Assembly (NCBI RefSeq): GCF_009914755.1
Contig: NC_060931.1
Strand: one strand, 5' to 3'
Source of the DNA: the human T2T-CHM13v2.0 reference genome, Homo sapiens
DNA: 64,000 nt
Part shown: piece after piece, positions 1 through 64,000 of the stretch
Layout of the letters: each line of letters starts with the position of its first letter
Position numbering within the stretch: the first letter of the stretch is position 1
Position numbers and translations under genes: made by a program
The notes under the pieces: generated by a model
The model's database searches: none
What the model was told of the DNA's origin: nothing
What the model saw: only the letters and a program-made list of their open reading frames with translations

Positions 1-64
1 CGGATAACTGTTAAATAATGTCATGCTTTTTATTGCAGCATAAGTTTTATTTTTTGCTTTTCTA

Positions 65-306
65 TTTTTTGAGACAGGTTCTCGCTCTCACCCAGACTGC
101 GGCCTTGATCTCCTGGGCTGCAGCCATCCTCCCACCTCAGCCTCCAGAGTAGCTGAGATTATAGGCATACACCACCACACCTGGCTAATTTTTTATTTTT
201 TTTCTGGAGACTAGATCTCACTATCTCAGGCTGGTCTCAAACTCCTGAGGTTAAGTGATCCTCCTCCCAAAGTGCTGGGATTATAAGGGTGAGCCACCAC
301 GCCTGG
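65..306 (-). mobile_element. Alu (AluJ-like, degenerate)
   Basis: ttttgagacagg...ctcccaaagtgctgggatta...gagccaccacgcctgg. Confidence 0.9.
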
Positions 307-1439
307 TGCAGTGTTAAGTTTTAAGTAATAACTTTTGTTAGATGCCTACCTTGGTTTCCTTCACACTTTTCAATCTGAGCAGATTCTAAAAAGCAGGATA
401 TAAAATTGCACAATACACTATAATCACAGACACACATACACCGGGAGATGAGATTAGAAGGAACTACAAAGAGTATGAAAAATCATTGGGAAGTTTATGG
501 ATGATTTTAACCTTCTTTTTTTTACTTTTTTACATTTCTTTCTCCCATCTTTTGTAGTAGGTATTACAAAAAAGCCAGCCTTTAAAAAATTAATGGATTC
601 AGAATGATAACAACATGAAATCTAATAGCTTAATGGTTCTCCAGCAGGATCTGTACCTTTTTCACTGAAAATGCAAAGAGGATCTAATTAGAATGCCGCA
701 AAAATTAGAATTTTAATCCCTAATTTTTGCTGAAACGTCCCCTTGAACCTCAAATCATGTGCTTTTTTTTTTTTTTTAAGGTCTTTGGCTTTTGAGGATA
801 AAGATGAGAAGCTTATTGAAAGAAACCTTTAAAAACCATTTCATATTTCATAAAGTTTCACATTGCTTTCAAGAGCTTGTAATTTGTCTTTTCTGGCCTA
901 ATTGTTTAAGGTTTTGTTTTTGTTTTTTCCACAGATTCCTAGATAGGGTTGTTCATCTGTCATCTTAAAAGGGTTTTCTGGATGAATAGGGTACTATATA
1001 ATTTTTAATGCTTTAAGATAAAACATAAAGAGGTGTTAATAATTATAAAGGAAAACTATAGTTACTAATAATATTTATGGTGCTGTATTGATTGATATAC
1101 ACATCATGTTACATAATGGTACCACAGTCTACAGTTCATAGAATCACTAGCATAGCTGAGCCTGTTTTTTTTTTTTTTTTCAGAGAACGTTTGTCTGCCT
1201 GATGAGAGCCACTTGGGTTAAGAAACTACCTGTGAATAGTCATCATTTCTGTCCTTCATTGGGGAATACTTTTAGAGGCCAGTTTCCAAAAATTCTGCTT
1301 AAAAAAGAATTCTGGTTTTGTCTTACTCTTCCAGATGAGATATCACAGAGGCTTGGGCCTAGATTGTCATCAGCATACTGCTATACTATTCGTTTGTTCT
1401 TATTAAGCCTTATTGTGTGTAATGCTGTTACTTTTTCAG

Positions 1440-1562
1440 AGTGTTGCGGAGATAGGAACATGGGAGAGAAACAATCTGGGTAACATGAAAGTGATGCTGG
1501 TTGCTAAGGGAAGGCAACTTGATTCTGTGGGAAGGGCTGTAGCTGATCCATCCGTTGTCTAG
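1440..1562 (+). other. DMTF1: DMTF1 non-coding 5' UTR exon
   Basis: Acceptor ctttttcag|A at 1439/1440 and strong donor TAG|gtaagt at 1562, 1.3 kb upstream of the ATG exon. Confidence 0.8.
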
Positions 1563-1842
1563 GTAAGTCTGCTTCTGTTGCAAGGATCTCACATGATTTG
1601 CAAATTTGTCAAAACTAGATCATGATTTCCATTTACCTTTATTTTGGGAATGGCATAATTACTATTGTAAAATGAATGATGTCCTTTTCAAATAGTAATT
1701 TGCATAGTAAAATTTTAATGAATTATTGGATCTTTACCATGTAAATGTTAATATATTTAAGTTTTTGTGCCAAAGGAAAATACATTCACTTCAGTGGTAA
1801 ATATATGAATGGACTAATATCTTGTGTATAGGAGCCAGAGAG

Positions 1843-2021
1843 AGCCAGGCGTGTTGGCACGTGCCTGTACCCAGCTATTCGGGTGGCTAAGACAGGAGTA
1901 TCACTTGAGCTCAGAAGTTCAAGGCTCTAGGGCCCTTAAGACTGTGCCTGTGAATAGCCTCTGCACTCCAGCCTGGGCAACAATGAAGACCCCTTCTCTA
2001 AAAAAAAAAAAAAAAAAAAAA
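1843..2021 (+). mobile_element. Alu right monomer (FRAM-like) with poly(A) tail
   Basis: gccaggcgtg...ctgcactccagcctgggcaac followed by an A-run. Confidence 0.85.
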
Positions 2022-2884
2022 GCTTAATAAACATTGAGTAATTATATCAGGGTTTGTGTCCTCTGTATTATTTAGTTGGTAAAACATACGTGCCAAAAGT
2101 GAGTATTGAGGCAAGAACCTTCTTAAACCTTATAAGGTATTTCTGAAGACTTCAACCAGGCTATTGATTATAGTTTCATACCTTTCCCCCCACTAGCCAT
2201 GAGATGCTATATTCTGAGACTAGTTATTCCATCTGTCTGAACAAGAGGAAAATAATATTTGTGTAAAATAGCAGGTAAGGATACTTTGAACGATGTTCAA
2301 AGTTACCTGTTTCAAAAGAAGGACTAACTCGTCTTTTAAAATTACAATTTGGTCAGTGATGGATGTATGCACTTTTTCAATATTTTGAAAACACAGCAAG
2401 AATTATTTAGTGTTCCTGTTTTTCAGATAATAGAGCTTAAATACCTGTAAAAAATGTTTTGAAAAAATAATTCTTAAGATAAAAGTTTTGATGAATCTTC
2501 TGCTTAAAGAAAAAGAAGTTAAGTACCTACAAAGCTGTCCATAAAAACACAGTAAAAAAGTGGGGAAAGTTTTGCTGATAAGACGGATTCTCTTTTGTTG
2601 GATGTTGCAAAAACGTTTTTTAAAGTATTACAAATGTTGTAGGTTTTTAAAATTTATCAGAGCAAACAGATTCTTTGAGATATCTAATTCTAAATAATGG
2701 GTATAAATTTGTGAAAGGCAGTTTTTGAAATCTGAACTCTCATTGCAATTTTACATGAAGAACACTGTAGGCAGATACCCAAATAAATGTGTGTGGTATT
2801 TCAGGGGATTATAAGGGAATACTTCATATTTGGGAATAATTTTTGAAATCCTGATCTGGAATCTGTTCTTGTACAGATTTGAGT

Positions 2885-33077
<30,193 letters not shown>

Positions 33078-34111
33078 AATAATTCTTAGAAATAGGCAGT
33101 TCAAGCAAAGAAGGCACACTGTTAATTACAACCTCTTCAAAGAAATAGGAGCAACCCCCAAGAGGCTTAATTTACCAATTTAAATAGCCACAGTCCTTAA
33201 GCCACACACATTGTTGCTGCTATGACTTTTTACCTCCTTTAAACACATCATCTGAGGTTGAGTTTTATGACAGTATGTAGTTGAGTGGAGGCTGGGAGTT
33301 TTAAGCATAAATCCCTGTTTAGTGTTACATGGGAATAAGGAATTTCATTCACTTCAGCCACTAAGAAAAGTTTAGAATCACGAAAGCTTAACTGCTGTGG
33401 TTTAAAGTACAGTTTCTCTAAAGATCAGACATGGCACTGTCTCCTCTCAAGCCTGGTTGTAGTTCAGATGAGTCTTTTCAACATGGTCTTCAACATGGTC
33501 TAGAGCTTACCAGTGATCTTCTGATCTTCAAGAAGACTAAGTTTGAGACTTGACCAGCATACAAGTATAGAGACCTAGGAGGTGGTCTTGTGGTGGTACA
33601 TTTGGTTAACCCATTGCTGGCAGTGGGAGCTGATTTAGGCAGGGTAAACAGGAAAGCATTAAAAGTTAAAATTCACTACAGGTTTTTTGTTACTTTTAAA
33701 GGGAATATGGATAAGCATAGTAACAAAACCCACCAGAATCTAAGCAGTTTTCACCCCCTCAGAAACCACTGTCATTAGTTTACAAAGTTAGCACTTTGAA
33801 GTAAAACTAAATGAGGAAGGAAGTAATGTTACCTATCCTTGATACCATGACCATTTATTAGATGTTTTGCTATATAAATTACCGAGAGAATAGTTTGTCA
33901 TCCACTTAGTGTGTTAGCTGGTGGGGTACAATATAACCTCTCATCTCAGGCTATTTTAAAAAAACAATATTTGCTTCTATAACAAAAGGAAACAAATCTA
34001 AGAATCATTCCTGTACTACAGAAGGGTTAAGGCAAAGGTAGCCTTTTGGGCTTTTTAATGAATATGACCCCTATAGAAAAGTCAAGAAAAAAAAACCCTT
34101 GTATAAATTAT

Positions 34112-34121
34112 TTTATTTATT
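34112..34121 (-). terminator. TMEM243: TMEM243 poly(A) signal (two overlapping AATAAA on - strand)
   Basis: tttatt at 34112-34117 and 34116-34121, about 450 nt after the TMEM243 stop, with a U-run downstream on the - strand (34087-34095). Confidence 0.7.
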
Positions 34122-34240
34122 ATTGTAATTAGATCTTCACAAAGTTGTCTTTTCACTGTGTTTTGTCAACGTGAAATTAAATTGTAGTTATAAGCAAAAG
34201 TTGGTTGCCTAGGGAACAATTGTATATTCAGTTTAACAGA

Positions 34241-34246
34241 AATAAA
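34241..34246 (+). terminator. DMTF1: DMTF1 poly(A) signal AATAAA (3' UTR about 33078-34260)
   Basis: Canonical hexamer followed by U/GU-rich sequence (atttgtttttac), about 1.17 kb after the stop. Confidence 0.75.
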
Positions 34247-34572
34247 AGAATATTTGTCTTAAGATGCAAGATTTGTTTTTACATAGCCTTTTGCCATACA
34301 ATTATAAAAATTTCATTTCAAAAGTGAAATTTTTTTGTGCTGTTTTAGCTTTAAGGGTTGGAATGTTTAGGTGCAACATCAGCTCCTTAAAGAAAAAGCA
34401 AAGTGATCTAGGATATGTCTCCCTTGCAAGAGGGAATTAACATTTACAATTAACATGAAAATCATGTATCAGACTTCTGCAGGAGATTCTTCAGCATACC
34501 TTATCCAAAAATTACTCACTGTCCTAATGTATCATTTTGAAGAGTCCTGGTAAGTACTTCTCCTTGGCAGCC

Positions 34573-57154
<22,582 letters not shown>

Positions 57155-60100
57155 TTTGGGGTTTCTTCACTTTCCCCAAGCCACTTAAAAGCAAGACAGC
57201 ATGACCTCCCGAGGTCTCAGGTCCACGACTGCAAGCCTCCTCCTCACGGCTCCCGCATAGCCGAACCCGAGTGGTCGGGGAAGCGCTGGCGCCAGGGATG
57301 GGTGGGGGCTCACACGCGGGGAACGCGACTGCTCCGCCCCGGCCCCGCGCACCTCCTCATCTTGAGCAGCTGCCGCAGGAAGTGAAAGGAAACAAACACT
57401 GCGTGGCAGACTCTCAGCGGGACGCCCCCGCCCGGGCAGCTCCCACTTCCTCAAATCTCAGCCCTTGGCGCCGCGTGGCTCTCCGCCCCTCTGGGCCGCC
57501 AGGGTAGCGCCGCCCGCCGCTCGCCCCCGGCTAGCACAGCAAATCGCAGTCCCCTCGCCCCGGGAGAGACTCCCACACGTCGCCCCCCATTTTTACACAA
57601 TAATTTCCCATGTTTTCCCAATTTTCTACGGTAAGCACGTATTCCTTCATGTTCAAGGGAGAAAAAGTTTTCTTGGAAGAACGCATTGAGAACCCCTCGC
57701 CTAGCCTTCTGCGTCTCCCCCACTACGTTCCCCAGTGGCGGCGGGAGGAGTGAAGTTGCCGGAGCACAGCCCAGCGCTCCGCACACCCCTCCCGCAGGGC
57801 GGCGGGTTCAGGTCGCTGCCGGGGCCGACCCAAGCAACTTGGATCCCCTCTCATGTGTTGCATCTACCCCAGGGCCGGCGTGCTCGCCGCAGCTCCCGCC
57901 GCTGCTCTCCCCGCGCTCTCTGCCGGAACTGCAGCAGGAGTACGGTCTAGGCACAGCGAGAGGGAGAATCCCGCCTCGGCCCTGCCCATATTGGTCCCGC
58001 GCCCGCCAAACCTCGGCATCCCCTAGGCGCTCGCACGCTGGGGGGCCCTGGCCGCGCCGGGGAGAGTGGGCCCTGGGTCCACACCCCCGCCGGGATCCGG
58101 TGCCGAGGCCCAGGAACGCGGGCCAGATGCGTGGGAGAGGAATCGCGCGGTCCCGTCGCAGCGCTGCGGATCACCTCCCGGCTCCTTCTCAGGTCCCCCG
58201 ACCCGGACCCGCTGCCTCCGTCGCAAGTCGGCCCGCCCAGGTCGCGTCACGACCGAGGCCGCCAATCCCGCGGGCCAAGGCGCCGCATTGGCTGCGGAGC
58301 TTTATTTCTAGAGGTGCCAGCTTATTCCCCGTGGGGCGGCCAATCTCCGCGGCTGCACGTTTCTCAGCTCCTTAGCCCTTAGTAATTAGTGTCCATGCGA
58401 TCCACGTGGGCAAAGCACATTTCTGCAGATAGCCTTGCACCTGGCTGAAAGCATCTTAAAAACAATCAACCTGCTTTAACCACCTCAGTCTTCGCTTAAC
58501 GAGGACAGAATGGCAGTCACTGGTAATTTTGGTTTAGGGTTGTTTGCATGTTTGCCTTGATTTGTTCTGTGACAGGGATCTTATGTGTTTATAGAAAGTC
58601 AGGAGGCGACAGTGCTAGATACTTATTTGACTTGTCCACTCATGCCGCCAGTGATGGTGCTGACTAAGCAAGTTTGCAGCTGTGGAGCCAGCGCTTCGCA
58701 TACCAATCTCGTCTTCCAGGCTCTAGGGCATAGACAACTGGAGGTGGACAGGTCGTTAAAAGTAACAACGTCACTCTGCATTTCGAATCATGGATAAATA
58801 TACAGCCACGCTGGATTCTCAGGGCACTATAGCGCCGAGACTGAAGAGAGCTCTGAAAACGTTTGTGTGCAGGGAGGGTCTGGGTTGGAACGTTGTACCC
58901 ACACAACATTTAGAATCCAAGCCATGATTCCCGGCGTCCACTCAACAGTTTAGGACACGGGATGGACTACAAACCATGTAGATACATAGATCTGGAATTT
59001 GCAACACTGAGCAGGATTAGTACGGTGCATATCTGACCTACAAGTTATATATTTTACAAATCATGTTTGTTTGCTCAGGACTTTCTGATAAAACAGCAAT
59101 GCTACGCAATCCTGCACCCAGTTATCTTAGAAGATTGAATGGCGGTACAAATAACTTTATTCACTCACATTCAGCCACATTCAACAAAATACTTTTGAGA
59201 ATCTGCTATGTACCAGACAACTACCAGACATGGTAATATAGTGGTGAAGACACAGGCATAGTCATAGTCTTGAAGCTAGAGTGGAAAACAGAGATGCATA
59301 ATTAGAATCTAGAGAAAAGAGATACGGTGGCTAAGAGCACAAGCTTTGAGGTTGATCGTTTCTGCCTTCAAACCCTGATGCCACCATTGACAAGCTATGT
59401 GATCTTAGACAAGTTATCTAACCTCTCTTGAGCTCCTTCATATGTAAAAAGTGAAGATCATAATAATAAGTGGAACTATAGTATATACGTTTAACTGTTT
59501 TTTTAAAAGTAATAAAGAATATATAAGACACCAACAAATAGTAAGTATCCAAATGGTGGCTGTCATAAATGGTGACAAGTGCTGTGAACTGGACACAATG
59601 GAATGCTATGGAGATACATGGGAGGAAACCCACTAGCTTCAGGTGGCAGGAAAAGTTTTCTCGAGGAAGGCTTCTAAATCAGGACCCAAAAGGAGAGTGT
59701 GAGTTAGCCAAGATGAGGAGGAGAAGCAAAAAGCCAGTCCAGAGAGGCCAGATATCCGTGGAGGCTATGTTGGAGGTGGATGGTTGAGTAAGGTATCATG
59801 ACCTTAGCACTCGAGAGCTGCTTATTCCCTTCTCATCAATTTTCTATGCCTCTGCTCCATTTGTTTTCCTAAAAACCAGCTTCCTCTGCTTCCTCATGAT
59901 CACTACTTTCCCAAAACTTCAACTTGCATATGGCTTTAGTTTGTCTTGGTGCTAAACTCAAGGAAAATGGACCTTACAGCTCCAGTGTCCAACACTGCTT
60001 GGCAGGCCCAGTCTCTATTTCTCAGTTCGGTTTCTCACAAGGGGTTTTTATTGTCTCAGTCCGGATTATGAACGGATTTATAGCTGCATCAAGCTCTTCA

Positions 60101-60227
60101 CCCCCAGCCAATAGGAGGGACAAAGTGGCACCTAGCTTCTAAGGTCTGCCTCCTTTAGCCAAGTGGGATAGAAGATTATTTAAAAGAAGACAATATATGT
60201 GGAAGTCAATGGTAAGATTTTCCAGTG

Positions 60228-60382
60228 CCTTGTGCTCAAAGTGTGGATCTCCAGACCAGCAACATGGTCATCCCCTTGTTAGGAATGCAGAATTTCAAGC
60301 CTCACCCCAAACCTACTGAATGGCAATCTACTTTTTAATAAATACCCGGGAGATTCATATGCACATTTAAACTTGGAAAGTC
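60228..60382. mobile_element. MER5A-type hAT MITE
   Basis: ctcaaagtgtggatc...ccagcaacat...gaatgcagaatttc...cctactgaat. Confidence 0.7.
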
Positions 60383-61374
60383 CTTATTTCATACACCTTT
60401 ATATTTACAAATTGGACCAAGGCTGTAGAGTTTACTCTCCCAATACCATGACTTATCAATTATTTCTCTTCATTCTGCTTCAGCCACTCATTCCCGTTTC
60501 ACATTCTGGACTTTGTCAACATTTAGAACTGTACCAAGCCTGAAATAAATCCAGACCATTTGGTGAGCTTTATCTTCCAGTTCTCTCACTCACGGTCAAT
60601 ATATCATTTATTTGGCCACCTTAGTGTCTCTGATCCTTTGGTCCCTTGACTTTCTCCTGGTAGATCTACTCCCCTATTTTCACTTTCTTCTAATTTAGAT
60701 TCCGTGTTTTATCACTCTGATTGCTCTTTTGATAATATCTTCAATTCTTTTGCCTCATTTATTTTATCACCCCTGGGCAGAAAGTCCCCTGAGATATTAA
60801 TCCTTCTGTGTTCTTAACACGTGTAACTTACTAGGTGTCTAGTGCAGCTGAAGGGGGAAAGAAATCATAAATGTCCCTGATTGCAGTAATCTTAAATTGA
60901 AAGCAGCCAATCTCAACTGTACCCTTAAAATCATCTGGAAATCCCGCGTTGCCTGGGCAACTCTCCTTATGTTGCCTATTTTATTCAGTCGCCTGGCCTC
61001 TCTCTGCTCCTCCCTTACTCTCAGCAGATAACTCAGCTGCCTACTTCACAGGGAAGAAAAAGAAGCTATCAGATGGGAATTTCCTCAACTCCCCAACAAA
61101 ACTGCACATTTACCTATATCCAACCTGTTCCATTTCTCCTCCTTTCCAATTAGGATGGAAGAGATTCTTGCCCATCTCTCATATTTTATGTCCCATTGCA
61201 TCCCATGATCACAGAGGTCTCACTATTCTGATTATATTTTTTCTTTCAAAGACATTTAAACATGATCAGTTCTAACCATGTTAAAACAAGCAAAAAAAAA
61301 AAAAAAAAAAAAAAAAAACAAACCACCATTGAGCCCATGTCTCTCTCTGGCTACCACACTCTCATCACACCCTT

Positions 61375-61854
61375 TGTGGAACTCCTAATTGGCTATACAG
61401 CCATCCTTCTCCTCCCTCTTCCCTAAAAGCAAAGCCTACCTGCGAATGTAAAGGAAAAATACACCATATAGTCACTTTCTGAGACTCCCTTGCAGCTGTG
61501 GGAAGGGATATGAGTGTTTAGGCTAATGAGTCATTAGGGCAAGTCCACTGGAGGCTTTCAAGAAGGTTTCCTCCCTGGTAAGAGAGAGGCCTATGAGGAG
61601 AGTTACCTTCTTAGACATTTTTTGTTGAGGACATGGTATTTGGAGAAGTTTCCAACATCTTATGACTATTAAGGGTGACCAAAAGTATCCCAAAGAAGCC
61701 AACCAGAGTCTAAACCTGTGAACCACCCACCTCTGGCTTCTTCTTATGTGTGGTGTGTGTGTGTGTGTGTGTATTTTGAGTGGAGATCTCTATTGTATAA
61801 GTCACTTTTAATTTGGATATTCTCATGCTTATAGCTGAGAACATACTGATAACA
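61375..61854. mobile_element. MLT1-type MaLR solo LTR containing a (TG)n tract at about 61747-61772
   Basis: ctcccttgcagctg...catcttatgac...ccacctctggcttctt...atagctgagaacatactgataaca. Confidence 0.6.
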
Positions 61855-62619
61855 TTTCTAAAGTCAAAATTTCTGTAGAAAAGTCCATACAGATTGTATC
61901 CACTTCCTTACCTCCCACATTTGCCTCAACTCACTGAAAGTCTGGTTTACATGTACTAGTCCATGAGTATTCTCCCATGAAAGTTCCAGTGAAGACTTAT
62001 AGCTGAATCTAATGGATATTTTTCAGGCCTTCTCCCATATGGCCTTTCTGCAGCATTTAGCACTGAAAATTCCTGGAAATAGCCTTCACTGTAGCTCTTC
62101 TGCTCTTCCTCTCCACATCTCTTAAATATTATCTCCCAGGGCCTTGTTCTTGGCCTTTTTCTCTTCTCATGACGTGCTTTGCAAGGGTTAGTTATCTACA
62201 TCCATGGCGACCATTAATACACCTCTATGCTAACTTCCCAAATGTATATGAATAGACATCCACAATTTAGCAGGAGGCGTGTAATTTATAAGGCCACTTT
62301 TACAATTAACTTAAATAACTCTATTCATTTTAGATGCAGATTAACTGTGTTTCTCTGTTTTATTGTCTCTACAGTAAAGCTGTCACAGTGGAAAGAAGTG
62401 GTTCTGAATTCTGGTTGGACATTAAAATACTTGAGGAGTTATATAATAGTCTCAGACTATACCCAGACGAATGAAATCAGAGTTTCTGGAGATGAGACTC
62501 CAGCATAAGTATTTTTTTTATTTTCTAGGTGGCTCTGGTGTGCAGCTACCAGAATCTCTGGGGTATTGAACCCCTGGATGAGCCTGAAGTTCTTCTGTGG
62601 ATCCTCACTCTATTATCTG

Positions 62620-62830
62620 ACAAGTATTAACATGGACTTTTGAGTCAACAGACATTAGTTTGAATCCTGGCTTAACCCTCACTAGATGCATACATTTGAG
62701 CAAGTTACTTAACCCCTATCAGCCTCAGTTTTTACTTTTGTGAAATAAATAAAACAATACTTGTCCTATAGGTTTTTGTGAGAATTAAATCAAATAAGGT
62801 ATTGTAAACACCTGACACAGTTAACACTGT
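62620..62830. mobile_element. MIR SINE
   Basis: tttgaatcctggct...gagcaagttacttaacc...gcctcagtttt...gtgagaattaaat. Confidence 0.7.
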
Positions 62831-62976
62831 AAATTATGCATATTATGCATCTACTAAAGTGAACATTACAACAATTGCAGCAAAATGGAAAAATGCATAT
62901 AATTTAATGTTAAAGGGAAAAAGTAAATATAAAGTAGAATTTATATAGTATAATTGTGTAAGATACCTATGCATAT

Positions 62977-63768
62977 TGTGACATAACAAGAAATATGTAT
63001 TTGATCTCCACTCCCAGATCATAGCACAGAGCTCCAAAATTCCTTAGAATGTCCTGGGTGATGGAAGCATCTTTTGTTTTAATGAGGCAACTCTTGGTGA
63101 GTCCCTAAACGGCTTGAGGATGGGGACTGGTCACCAGAAAGCCATGATTCGAAGCTTGGAACTTTCAGCCCCATTGCCCCATTCCCAGATCTTCCAGGGA
63201 GAAAGAGGGGCTAGAGATTGAATTAAAAATTGACCATGCCTATGTGATGAAACCTCCATAAAAAAAATCCCTAAAAGATGGAGTTCAGAGAGTTTCTGGG
63301 TTAGTGAACACATCCACATACCAGTGGGTAGCACACCCCAGTCCCACAGGGACAGAAGCTCCTGTACTCAAGACCCTTTCAGACTTTGCCCTATGTACTT
63401 CTTCATCTGGCTGTTCACCTCTATCTTTTATAATATCCTTAATAATAAACTAGTAAATGTAAGTGTTTCCCTGAGTTCTATGAGTCATCATAGCAAATCA
63501 TCAAACTTGAGGAAGGGACCATAGGAATCCCTGATTTGTAGCTAAGGCAGGCAGAAGGGTGAGTCAGTGGGGATGCAGTACTTGGAACTGGTGCCTGAAG
63601 TGGGGGCAGTCTTTTGAGACTGAGCCCTTAACCTGCGGGGTGTGTGCTAACCCCAGGTAGTGTCAGAAGTAAAGTACTGAATAGAGAAAAATTGTTTTTC
63701 CTCTTTAGTTAGTGCCAAAAGTTGAGATGAGAGTGAGTAGAAAACAATATTGTGTTTTTTCTTTTACA
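62977..63768 (+). mobile_element. MER21-type LTR (solo)
   Basis: tgtgacata...cttggaactttcagcccc...cttcatctggctgttc...aataaac...gactgagcccttaacctg...ttttaca. Confidence 0.7.
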
Positions 63769-64000
63769 TATGAAACAAAACTGAAAGGGAGCATGAAAAA
63801 TACAAAAATGGGTATTTTTTTTACTAGTCTTTCTCTCTTTTGAAGTTCTGTACCTTTGTGAGAAGACAACAAAACTGGCAATGATGCATTTGTGCCCCTT
63901 TATCTTTTCCCCCCTTAAAATATGCTCAGTAGCAAGAGTGGCATCATAAGATTTTTTTCAGTAGCCAAGTGCAAAAGTATTCAGAAGCTGAAAGTAAAGC

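Noticed and set aside
57686-58375. 229-aa Pro/Arg/Ala-rich ORF and neighbours in the CpG island
   Set aside because: Non-ATG start, GC-driven lack of stops, no recognisable domain.

Overview
Primate (human-like) genomic DNA, chr7q21 by my recognition of the genes. It holds two convergent protein-coding genes. DMTF1 (DMP1, cyclin D-binding Myb-like transcription factor) is on the + strand: one non-coding 5' exon plus 16 coding exons (ATG 2885 to TAG 33077) that splice into a 2283-nt, 760-aa ORF. Its promoter lies upstream of the window, and the known beta/gamma alternative acceptors are visible. TMEM243 (C7orf23) is on the - strand: 4 coding exons, 118 aa, with a CpG-island promoter at about 56.9-58.4 kb. 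The two 3' UTRs appear to overlap by about 150-170 nt. Introns carry Alus, old L1/L2, DNA transposons, a full-length THE1 MaLR element with TSD, an MST LTR with an ~830-bp GA-rich expansion, and a Y3 RNA retrocopy with TSD. I see no new gene or multi-gene system. The best leads are: a ~550-bp non-tandem local copy of part of the THE1 element; a 21-nt duplicated in-frame splice acceptor in DMTF1; a candidate 73-nt poison exon; stacked uORFs; and a 10-nt stretch that reads as an AU-rich element on one strand and poly(A) signals on the other. All coordinates and repeat family names were assigned by eye.
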